Part shown: one piece after another, positions 36,212-44,319 of the stretch | Layout of the letters: each line of letters begins with the position of its first letter | Numbering within the stretch: position 1 is the stretch's first letter | DNA from: Pseudomonadota bacterium | GTDB lineage: Bacteria > Pseudomonadota > Alphaproteobacteria > Caulobacterales > Parvularculaceae | Length of the DNA stretch: 64,000 bases | Assembly: GCA_039183635.1 (NCBI GenBank) | Contig: JBCDBL010000002.1 | Coordinates: 802 to 64,801, forward strand | Direction of reading: 5' to 3' | Position numbers and translations under genes: made by a program | The notes under the pieces: generated by a model | What the model saw: the letters and a program-made list of their open reading frames with translations, nothing else | What the model was told of the DNA's origin: nothing | The model's database searches: none

Positions 36212-37438
36212 ATGTCATTAGCATCGACTACTGATGATCGCCTGCCTGTAACGGTTCTTTCGGGATTTCTCGGCGCCGGCAAAACGACTTTGCTAAATCG
36301 AGTCTTGAACAACCGGGATGGACGACGGGTCGCTGTAATTGTCAACGATATGTCTGAGGTCAACATAGACGCCGACCTTGTTCGGGCTGGCTCTGAGCTT
36401 AGTCGTACGGACGAAACCCTTGTAGAGATGTCGAACGGCTGCATCTGCTGTACGTTGCGGGATGATCTTCTTGCTGAGGTAAAACGTCTCGCCGCCGAAG
36501 GTCGATTCGATTATCTGTTGATTGAATCGACAGGAATTTCGGAGCCATTGCCTGTCGCAGCTACATTCGATTTCCGAACCGAGGACGGCGACAGCTTATC
36601 CGATGTCGCGCGCATCGACACGATGGTGACTGTCGTCGACGCCGTTAATCTTCTGAAGGATTTTTCAAGCCATGACTTCCTGCGCGACCGCGGCGAGGTT
36701 TTAGGCGATGAAGACGATCGTACGATCGTTCATCTGTTAACTGATCAGATTGAGTTTTCTGATATTGTCATCCTTAATAAAGTCGACGATGCGCGCCCCG
36801 AACAAGTGGACGCCGCCCGCAAGATCGTCCGCAGCTTGAACGCCGACGTTCGAATCATCGAAACAAACTATTCTGACGTCCCTGCCGACGCGATCCTCGA
36901 TACAGGGCTTTTCGATTTCGGAAAGGCGCATGAGCATCCGATGTGGGCGAAAGAACTATATGGCTTCGCCGACCATACGCCAGAGACGGAAGAGTATGGG
37001 GTTACATCCTACGTCTACCGCGCGCGTCGCCCGTTTCAGCCGGAGGCCATACATGCTCTGTTGAACGGCCCGTTGCCCGGCGTACTTCGCGCAAAAGGCC
37101 ATTTCTGGATGGCGACACGGCCGGATTGGGTCGTGGAATATTCACTGGCGGGCGCCCTGTCGAGCGTTGCGCCCCTCGGCTCGTGGTGGGCGAGCGTTCC
37201 CCGGGAAAAGTGGCCGGAGGGAGACGTCATCGATGCCTATATAGCGGACCGATGGCAAGAACCTTTTGGCGACCGCCGTCAGGAAATCGTTTTCATTGGC
37301 GCGGGAATTGATTGGCCGGCGCTTAAGACGAAGCTTGATTTAGCTTTGTTGCCAGACGGAGAAGATTATTCGGTAGACGCCGTTCCCAACTTGCCTGACC
37401 CGTTTCCGCTCTGGCGTAGGGGCGAGCCCGAGGCGTAA
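36212..37438 (+). CDS. COG0523 (CobW/ZigA/YjiA-type) G3E GTPase, putative zinc metallochaperone
   Basis: Walker [13 protein letters not shown], metal motif GCICCT and a C-terminal CobW_C-like domain. The ORF track starts at 36197. I prefer the ATG at 36212. Confidence 0.85.
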   Translation: MSLASTTDDRLPVTVLSGFLGAGKTTLLNRVLNNRDGRRVAVIVNDMSEVNIDADLVRAGSELSRTDETLVEMSNGCICCTLRDDLLAEVKRLAAEGRFDYLLIESTGISEPLPVAATFDFRTEDGDSLSDVARIDTMVTVVDAVNLLKDFSSHDFLRDRGEVLGDEDDRTIVHLLTDQIEFSDIVILNKVDDARPEQVDAARKIVRSLNADVRIIETNYSDVPADAILDTGLFDFGKAHEHPMWAKELYGFADHTPETEEYGVTSYVYRARRPFQPEAIHALLNGPLPGVLRAKGHFWMATRPDWVVEYSLAGALSSVAPLGSWWASVPREKWPEGDVIDAYIADRWQEPFGDRRQEIVFIGAGIDWPALKTKLDLALLPDGEDYSVDAVPNLPDPFPLWRRGEPEA

Positions 37439-37466
37439 TCGCCTTATACGCGCAAAGGAACGGATT

Positions 37467-37832
37467 ATGAAAGCCACGGATTCAACACTGGATGCATCGG
37501 CGACCAGCCTGTCGGTCATGTGCCTGATCCATTGTTTGTTGTTGCCCGTTATCGCTGCAGTTCTTCCTCTTGCCGGCGTTTTAGCGGAGATGGAATGGAT
37601 CCATAAAGCATTAGCGCTGGCCGCCCTTCCAATCACGGCCCTGGCCATCGCGCGTCATCAGGCCGGCAAAATCAACTTTATCTTCATTCTACTCGCGGTG
37701 CTCGGTCTTTGCCTTTTACTCGCAGCCGGCTTTATCGAAGAACTTCACGACTTCGAAACGCAGCTGACGACAGTTGGCGCCATTTCCTTGGCTACAGCGC
37801 ATATCTGGCGCTGGATGAACCGCACGGCCTGA
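37467..37832 (+). CDS. MerC-domain-like small membrane protein (4 TM, Cys-x-x-His-Cys motif)
   Basis: 121-aa product. SVMCLIHCLLLPVIAAVLP, with cysteines inside TM1, resembles MerC-domain proteins. It lies in the same transcription direction, 28 nt after the COG0523 gene. Confidence 0.55.
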   Translation: MKATDSTLDASATSLSVMCLIHCLLLPVIAAVLPLAGVLAEMEWIHKALALAALPITALAIARHQAGKINFIFILLAVLGLCLLLAAGFIEELHDFETQLTTVGAISLATAHIWRWMNRTA

Positions 37833-37864
37833 CAAAACCTTTTGTGCGATAGGAAATCAAAGGC

Positions 37865-38482
37865 ATGCCCCCCCAGACAAGCGCCCGTCACGAACCAGCC
37901 CACCCTGTGCAAACGATCCATAAGCTGCAAGATCTCGATGCGATCTTTCATGATGAGACAGACGCCGTCATTTGGGAACGACCAACGCCCCCGTCGGTTC
38001 TGTCAGCATTGAATAATTTGCCTACACACCAAATTACAAATGGACGATTTTGCGTTCCGGCAAGCGCGGTTGGTCGCTGCGTTGCGGATACTTTCAACGC
38101 ATGGGGGTTTGATGCAGAAGATGCACGGCGATGGTTGATCGCTGATATCGAAACGCTGGCGCGCCACATGGCGCGCATTCTTTCATCTTCGAATCTTTTA
38201 ATTCGTATAGAGGTCGTACGCGATGACGCCTGCCGAAAATTTCATCGCGATACGGTCAAAGCGCGTCTCATTTGCACCTATAACGGTCCAGGAACGGAGT
38301 TTGGCGTTTCCAACGGCAACGGATGCGCCGATGACATAAAAAACGCGCCTACAGGCGGCCCCATCTTGCTGAAGGGCAAACTTTGGCCTGGATCTCCCAG
38401 CCAAACCGTCTTGCATCGCTCGCCTCCAATTGCAGGGGCAGACACATCGCGATTGGTCATCGTGCTTAATGAGGCATGTTGA
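37865..38482 (+). CDS. Conserved hypothetical protein, DUF1826-like
   Basis: 205-aa soluble product. The block FHRDTVKARLICTYNGPGTEF and the position after a COG0523 gene match my recollection of DUF1826. Unverified. Confidence 0.5.
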   Translation: MPPQTSARHEPAHPVQTIHKLQDLDAIFHDETDAVIWERPTPPSVLSALNNLPTHQITNGRFCVPASAVGRCVADTFNAWGFDAEDARRWLIADIETLARHMARILSSSNLLIRIEVVRDDACRKFHRDTVKARLICTYNGPGTEFGVSNGNGCADDIKNAPTGGPILLKGKLWPGSPSQTVLHRSPPIAGADTSRLVIVLNEAC

Positions 38483-38647
38483 AACAGCTGGTGCGCGATC
38501 AATTTTACACCTTGTATGACCATATACAGATGAACTGACCCGGCTTGCAAAAGACTTAAAGGGCGTTGATAATTTGTCGCTACAGCGCCTTGCAAGCGAT
38601 GCAGGTCAGGGACGGGTCACAGCCTTGCCCAAACAACGGCATGGAGC

Positions 38648-40564
38648 TTATGCGGCGGCTTTCAACGGCAGTGTAATTGAAAAACAGGTCCCTTCGCCAG
38701 GCGTAGAGCGAACATTCAGCTTGCCACCATGGTTGACTTCGACAATGCGCTGGCAGATGGCGAGGCCTTGACCCGTTCCTTTACCCGGCGGCTTGGTTGT
38801 AAAGAAAAGGTCGAAGACCTTTTCAAGCGTGTCCGGTGGAATGCCTGGGCCATTGTCGGCGACGGCGATCTCAACCGCCTCACCTATGTTCCTGGCGTCA
38901 ATTGAGATCCGTCCCTTCTCGCCCGTTTCCTGTTCTTCAATAGCGTCAGCCGCATTTACAATCAAATTGATCAAAACCTGGCTGAGCTTACCGGCGACGC
39001 ATGGCACTTCACTGAGATCGCCCTCAAAGCGGCTGTTCACATCGGCGCGCAACTTCCATTGATTGCGGGAAACTGCAATTGTGTTTTCGATCACCGCACG
39101 CAAATCCTGTACATTCATTTTATCAGCATCAGGATGTGCAAACTCCTTGATAGAACGTACGATATCGGCGACCGTCGTGACGCCAGCCTGGGCGGCTGAG
39201 ACTGCATCGGGCCATTCCTCGCGCACGAAGTCCCAATCCAGTTCGTCGAGTTTTTCACGCAGCACCTTTTCAACATTCTCTTTTTCAGATGTACACGCAT
39301 CAATCGTATCCTGGATATCAGCGAGCGCTTCGCCAAGGAAGCGCAGATTGTCGCCGACATATTGTATTGGCGTGTTGATCTCATGGGCGATGCCGCTCGC
39401 CATCGTACCAAGGGCTTCCATTTTTTGGGTTTGCAACAGCTCCAGTTCAAGTTGACGGTTGCGTTGCAGCGCATCGTAGAGCTCCGTTACATCCTGTTCG
39501 ACCACGACGACCCCCCCGTTGGACATGCGTTGCTGGGTCGTAATCATAACGCGGCCGTCTTCAAGACGTGTCCGCCAGCTTGGGTGGTTTTCAGCGTCTC
39601 GAAGGCGCTCCAGGCGATCCTCAAGCGCAAACGGCCTTGGCTCGCCGCCAACGTCCTCCATGGGCGCCAATGTGGCCGCCGCGATGTCGGCGAAGACAGG
39701 CGTTCCAACCATAACATGCGCCGCATCGGCATAGTGCGTTCTGAAGCTGTGGTTTATGAACGATACGTTTTGATCCGCATCGACGATCAAGACCCCTTGG
39801 GGCATGGAATCCATGGCGTCGTTTAAAACCGTTTCGGCATGGGCGCGGCCGTCTTCGGCGCGTTGGCGCGCTTCTTCTGCATTTCGGGCGAACTCGGCAA
39901 GTTCTGCGGACATACGGTTAAAAGACTTTGTGGTATCCGCAAGCTCATCACGGCCGTGGACGTCAAGTTGATAGCCAAACTCTCCGGACGCGACCCGCCG
40001 CGCGGCGTCCCGTAATTTGGCGAGCTGACGCGTCAGCACCGTGCCGAGAATCAACCCAAAGATCCCGACAATAAGAATTTCCGATCCCGCAATCGTCAAC
40101 ATCCACCGCTGCGCTTCGGCCAGCACCTTATCGAGGTGATCTGTAGACAATCCAATTTCGACATGACCAAAGGTTTCACCCGCCACCTCAATCGGGGCGG
40201 TCACGTCTAAGCGCTTGTCGTTTTCTGCATTTGCTATGGTTGCATCAGCCTCGAAAGCGGCTGCAAGCGCCTCCGGCGCGCCGCCCTCAGACATAACGAC
40301 GTCATTGGCGCTCAGCACGCGTATGTAAACAACACCTTCATTTTGAAGAGTTTGGGCGACAAGTGCATCAAGGGTGGCGAGATCCATCGACAAAACCGCA
40401 TCGCTCGTCATCGTCGCGATCAGACGCGCCGTGACATGCGCACGACTCAAAAGTTCGGTTTCGCTTGAGCTGCGCAAATAAAACAGACCACTGACCACAA
40501 GAATAGCAAGAAGCGAGACTTCTATGAGCGCTATCCCTAAAATCGTTTTTAGCCGGAATGACAT
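38648..40564 (-). CDS. Membrane sensor histidine kinase (2 TM + sensor loop, HAMP, PAS, HisKA, HATPase)
   Basis: H-box [14 protein letters not shown]-box [12 protein letters not shown]-boxes DNGPGI and GTGQGL. Two TM segments flank a loop of about 130 aa. No receiver domain and no adjacent response regulator. Confidence 0.85.
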   Translation of the reverse strand: MSFRLKTILGIALIEVSLLAILVVSGLFYLRSSSETELLSRAHVTARLIATMTSDAVLSMDLATLDALVAQTLQNEGVVYIRVLSANDVVMSEGGAPEALAAAFEADATIANAENDKRLDVTAPIEVAGETFGHVEIGLSTDHLDKVLAEAQRWMLTIAGSEILIVGIFGLILGTVLTRQLAKLRDAARRVASGEFGYQLDVHGRDELADTTKSFNRMSAELAEFARNAEEARQRAEDGRAHAETVLNDAMDSMPQGVLIVDADQNVSFINHSFRTHYADAAHVMVGTPVFADIAAATLAPMEDVGGEPRPFALEDRLERLRDAENHPSWRTRLEDGRVMITTQQRMSNGGVVVVEQDVTELYDALQRNRQLELELLQTQKMEALGTMASGIAHEINTPIQYVGDNLRFLGEALADIQDTIDACTSEKENVEKVLREKLDELDWDFVREEWPDAVSAAQAGVTTVADIVRSIKEFAHPDADKMNVQDLRAVIENTIAVSRNQWKLRADVNSRFEGDLSEVPCVAGKLSQVLINLIVNAADAIEEQETGEKGRISIDARNIGEAVEIAVADNGPGIPPDTLEKVFDLFFTTKPPGKGTGQGLAICQRIVEVNHGGKLNVRSTPGEGTCFSITLPLKAAA

Positions 40565-41439
40565 ATCACATCACCGTCTTCAACGATTTCCGTATGATTA
40601 CGCTCAAGACCTAAAGCCCGCACATCGTCCCAATCCGCATCGACTGCAGAAACAATTCCACTCATGCCGAGGTCGGCTAAAAGCTCCGGCCGGCTGTCTG
40701 CCAGACCCGTCAAGCTGTCGGCGATCCGTGCAAGCTTGTCAGCTGCGACATCGGGATGTGCGGCGAAAGCATGGGGCGTATACCCACTTGTTCTATAAAT
40801 AATCTTGAGCGTGTCGCGAACATCCTTCGGAACGGTGTTGAAGGTGCGTACGACACCGCCGCCGGCTGGCAACAATCCAGCGCTGACCGCCCGGTAGACA
40901 GAATCGTGTGACTTTACATACTTCGGTGTAAAGTTAATGCCCTGGCTCTTCATTTCAGCACGCGGAATGATGCTGGCGCCAAACGCCGCCGGTGAGGGAA
41001 ACGCTATGGTTTCGCCACGCAAATCTTTCAAGGCGCCGATGTCAGCGTCTTGACGTACAACGATAAGCCCGCGCAGCTGCTTATCTTTTTGCTTTGCAAA
41101 TGCGCGGTAGCCCGGCGCATTATGAAACACTGAGTAGTGATAAGGGTTCATGTAAGCAATATCGTACGCGCCCTTTGCAAGACAGGCTTCAAAGGTTGGA
41201 ATATCTTTGGCGGTGACAAAGGTAAGAAGCTCTCCGGATTGTGCGCTTACTTCCTTTAGGAGGGGTGTCCAAACCTTGGCCAACCGCGTTGCGGATTGTT
41301 GCGGCACGATGCTTACGGTAAGACCTTCAGCGACAGCAGGCGCAGGTTTGGCGGCGCACAAAAAGAGTATGGCTGTCAAAAAAAGGACGGCCGTCTCTTT
41401 GTAACGAGGAGCGAAAATAGCGGCGTTTGCGACAAACAT
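40549..41439 (-). CDS. PhnD/SsuA-like periplasmic substrate-binding protein
   Basis: Signal-like N-terminus, then LTVSIVPQQSATRLAKVWTPLLKEVS...YDIAYMNPYHY, typical of phosphonate-type SBPs. 16-nt overlap with the kinase gene. No ABC permease or ATPase nearby. Confidence 0.75.
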   Translation of the reverse strand: MFVANAAIFAPRYKETAVLFLTAILFLCAAKPAPAVAEGLTVSIVPQQSATRLAKVWTPLLKEVSAQSGELLTFVTAKDIPTFEACLAKGAYDIAYMNPYHYSVFHNAPGYRAFAKQKDKQLRGLIVVRQDADIGALKDLRGETIAFPSPAAFGASIIPRAEMKSQGINFTPKYVKSHDSVYRAVSAGLLPAGGGVVRTFNTVPKDVRDTLKIIYRTSGYTPHAFAAHPDVAADKLARIADSLTGLADSRPELLADLGMSGIVSAVDADWDDVRALGLERNHTEIVEDGDVICHSG

Positions 41440-41639
41440 GGAAAGGGCCTCTTTTGTTTCTCAATATGGGACAAAAGTTAGCTCAGAAAGCCAACAAGCG
41501 CCGCCCCCATATGGGGAGAGTGAAGCGCAAAAGCAGTTACCCCTTCGTAAATATTGCACCTTTGAAAATCCCCGCCCCTTGCCGCCGCCCGGCCCAATCA
41601 GGCTTTGGTGATAACAGCCCGAGGAGGCTTTGATACAAG

Positions 41640-41810
41640 GACCTCCGGCGGTTCTGGGCATCCAGAATAATAAGGAAGTTGGTGCGAGGCCAACGCTGTT
41701 CCCGCAACTGTATTTGGCGAGCCGGCGATCAAGCCACTGGAGGTATCCGGGAAGGCGATTGCGAGAAAGGCGACGACCCATAAGTCAGGAGACTTGCCGC
41801 CTACGTCGTC
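41640..41810 (+). promoter_or_regulatory. Cobalamin (B12) riboswitch aptamer
   Basis: The core AAGGAAGTTGGTGCGAGGCCAACGCTGTTCCCGCAACTGTA matches the conserved AGGGAA..GGTG..CCG..GCTG.CCCGCAACTGTA pattern. GCCACTGG...CCGGGAAGGC is present. B12 box AGTCAGGAGACTTGCC at 41783-41798. Closing helix GGCGG (41647) / CCGCC (41797). Boundaries are approximate. Confidence 0.8.
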
Positions 41811-41912
41811 CGCACTTGCGACCGGGACAGTCGTAGGCGCCGGAAAACCGTTGAGACGACCTCATTATTCACGCCGGACGTTCTGAACGTGCGGATAGAA
41901 AGGGCTGTCGAA

Positions 41913-43511
41913 ATGGTCGCTGTCAGAACTTTTTGTGTCATCCTGACGATGATTTTGGGGGCGAACGCGGCGTTTGCTGAAAGCCTGTTCGGCATTGTTT
42001 CTGAACGCAACTCAGCCACAGCCGCGGCGGCGGCCAAACAATTCAAAGACGCCTATCCTGAAGCGGATATCTCCCTCCGCACCCCAAGGCAGGTAAGTCT
42101 GCTTACCGATGCGGACGTTATCGCAAAAATTCGTCAGTCAGATGTCTTTTTTGTCGCCGGCGTTTTCAGCGATGACGCCGATCGACTTCAAAGGCTGGTT
42201 GAGACCTCCGGGAAGACGGACAACATCTATATTGTCAGCTCGACGCAAGGGCTGATTTCGCTCTCGCGAAACAGAGACGGCGCCCCGCTCGCCATCGACC
42301 CGGCGACGTCGGGAGAAACAGTGGCCGACGGCGGTGGCTGGCGGTCAGCGAATGACTACTGGCAGGCGCGGGGCGTCGCCAACATCGCCAATCTGTTTGC
42401 CGCCTTGCTTTATCCGGACCGCATGAACGAGATAGCGGCGCCGGTCCCCCTCGCCCCGGTTCGCTTTGCTGAGCGTATAGGACAGCCAGGGGCGCCGACC
42501 ATCGCTTTGGTGGATTATGAAACCGGCGACCAAGCCGGCAATGCTGACCTGCATGACCGTCTTTGCGAGGAATTGGTTGCAACAGGTCTGGCGTGCCAGT
42601 CGGTTTTTGCCGGTTGGGGCGCCGCCAGCGCCGATGCGTTGGAACACCTCAGTGATATGAATGTTTCCGGCATAGTCCTTCTTCAAGACTTCGCCATCGG
42701 CGATAGCTTCCTGGGCCGCGCCAGCAATTTGTACGGTCTGGTCGATAACAATGACGCGTTCGACTATCTGGGCGGTTTGAACCTGGCTGTGGAATCTGTC
42801 CGTGGGCGGGCGTCTAAAGGATATGTTGTTGATGTAAGCGATCCCGACAATCCCGAGACCTCGCCGCTCGCCAGTGCGATTGTGCAGGAGTTGCGGGCGC
42901 GTCAGTTGAACCCAAACTGGATCAAATCCTTGATGCCTCACGGATATGCCGGCGCCCGGACCATGAACGTCGCATTCTTTGAAAATCTCTGGGGGTGGGA
43001 AGCAACGGACCCGGAGCTGTTTCCCGATGAGATTTGGGAGGATGCAAAAGACATCTACATTGACGACCGCTACGCGCTGGGGCTGGAGGCGTTTTTCGAT
43101 GAGGCCAACAACAAGCCTGTCAAAGCCAACATTCTGGCCATCATGCTCGTGGCGGCGCACAAGGGGTATTGGCGAGCCGACGCTGAAACTATCACCAAAT
43201 TGGCCGAGAAATTTGCCGCCGCTGTGATCGAAGCAGGGCTGCCAGGCAGCGGTCATACACGCCCGGATCATCCCATGCTGGACTGGCTCGGCGATGTTCT
43301 GCCCGAAGAAACAAGCGCAAAGTTGACGGACGTGCGCAACGCCGCGCGCGGACCTGTAATGCCTGAGGCGGCGGCGCCGGAAACGATTAGGGAATTGCAG
43401 GCACGCGAGTCCTCGCCCAACGCTTCCACCCGGTCTTCCTGGTGGACCCTTATTCCCGCGTTCTTGCTTGTGGGGGTTGGCGTTTTCTTAGGGAGAAGAT
43501 CGCAAGTATGA
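41913..43511 (+). CDS. Exported, membrane-anchored CobN/Mg-chelatase-homologous protein of reduced size
   Basis: Signal peptide MVAVRTFCVILTMILGANAAFA. The C-terminal block NPNWIKSLMPHGYAGARTMNVAFFENLWGWEATD...AIMLVAAHKGYW parallels the conserved CobN/ChlH C-terminus (NP.W...HGY.GA...W.AT). LYGLVDNNDAFDYLGG is another CobN-like block. The terminal TM segment is WWTLIPAFLLVGVGVFLG. The ORF track starts at GTG 41889. Confidence 0.75.
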   Translation: MVAVRTFCVILTMILGANAAFAESLFGIVSERNSATAAAAAKQFKDAYPEADISLRTPRQVSLLTDADVIAKIRQSDVFFVAGVFSDDADRLQRLVETSGKTDNIYIVSSTQGLISLSRNRDGAPLAIDPATSGETVADGGGWRSANDYWQARGVANIANLFAALLYPDRMNEIAAPVPLAPVRFAERIGQPGAPTIALVDYETGDQAGNADLHDRLCEELVATGLACQSVFAGWGAASADALEHLSDMNVSGIVLLQDFAIGDSFLGRASNLYGLVDNNDAFDYLGGLNLAVESVRGRASKGYVVDVSDPDNPETSPLASAIVQELRARQLNPNWIKSLMPHGYAGARTMNVAFFENLWGWEATDPELFPDEIWEDAKDIYIDDRYALGLEAFFDEANNKPVKANILAIMLVAAHKGYWRADAETITKLAEKFAAAVIEAGLPGSGHTRPDHPMLDWLGDVLPEETSAKLTDVRNAARGPVMPEAAAPETIRELQARESSPNASTRSSWWTLIPAFLLVGVGVFLGRRSQV

Positions 43512-43945
43512 GTAACCTATCGTTTGTTCTGCATACGCTGGTTGATGCGCTGTTGTGGCCGGTGATCGCCGCTTTGCTCATCTTGACCTGTGGGATTGCG
43601 ATTGAAATCGGAGTCGCTATCGGTGAGCGGCTCGGCGGCGTTCAAAAGTTCAAAGCGCTGGGTTTTGACCGCCTCAATGACCTTGCGCGGCGACGAATCG
43701 GGCGTGTTGACGTCATTGCGCGCATAAGTCCGATATTGGGCCTCATGGGTACGCTCATACCTTTAGGGCCCGGCATCGCGGCGATGGGAAACGGCGATTT
43801 TGCAACGCTTGCATCGGCTATAACCACGGCGTTCGACACAACGGTGCTCGGACTGTTTGTCGGCGTTCTCGCCATGCTGATCGGTCGTTTTCGGCGCGGC
43901 GCTTATGATGCAGCTTTAACCGAACTCGAGAGTTCGAATGCGTGA
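43508..43945 (+). CDS. MotA/TolQ/ExbB-family proton-channel-like protein (minimal, 3 TM)
   Basis: ATGA overlap with the CobN-like stop. LGLMGTLIPLG and AFDTTVLGLFVGVLAMLIG match the ExbB/TolQ C-terminal signature (GLLGTV.G ... T..GL.VA.P). Confidence 0.7.
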   Translation: MSNLSFVLHTLVDALLWPVIAALLILTCGIAIEIGVAIGERLGGVQKFKALGFDRLNDLARRRIGRVDVIARISPILGLMGTLIPLGPGIAAMGNGDFATLASAITTAFDTTVLGLFVGVLAMLIGRFRRGAYDAALTELESSNA

Positions 43946-44213
43946 TTTCAGCTCAACCCGTTTCGACAGCGACGCCCATGCGGCCGATGTCGGGCATCTG
44001 CCCAACCTGATGGACTTGATGCTCGTCTTCGCCGTTGGCCTCATCGCCGCGCTGGCGAGCTTCGACAGGCGTCCCATTGTGATCGAGGATGCACAAGCGG
44101 GCCCCGAATTGCCGGAGACGCCCGCGTCTGCGGACGCTGACGGGGAAGGCCTGGAAGCCGTCGGGCAAGTTTATCGTGATCCGGAAACAGGTAAGCTGTA
44201 TATCATAAAGTAA
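43938..44213 (+). CDS. Small single-TM protein, ExbD-like topology (DUF2149-like)
   Basis: 8-nt overlap with the ExbB-like gene. 91-aa product with TM segment LMDLMLVFAVGLIAALASF and the tail VYRDPETGKLYII. The family call is from memory. Confidence 0.5.
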   Translation: MRDFSSTRFDSDAHAADVGHLPNLMDLMLVFAVGLIAALASFDRRPIVIEDAQAGPELPETPASADADGEGLEAVGQVYRDPETGKLYIIK

Positions 44214-44319
44214 GCTGTGCGCGACCAACGCCTGGCCCCTGTGCGCTTGCACGGGAGGGAGGTCTTGGGCCAAGCTGCGTCACGGTTGCGACAAGAGTAC
44301 AAACACGCCGAGGCCAACT

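Noticed and set aside
37467-37832. MerC-like gene as evidence for a mercury-resistance (mer) operon
   Set aside because: No merR, merT, merP, merA or merB lies nearby. The genomic context is Zur/COG0523, so a mercury role is unsupported.
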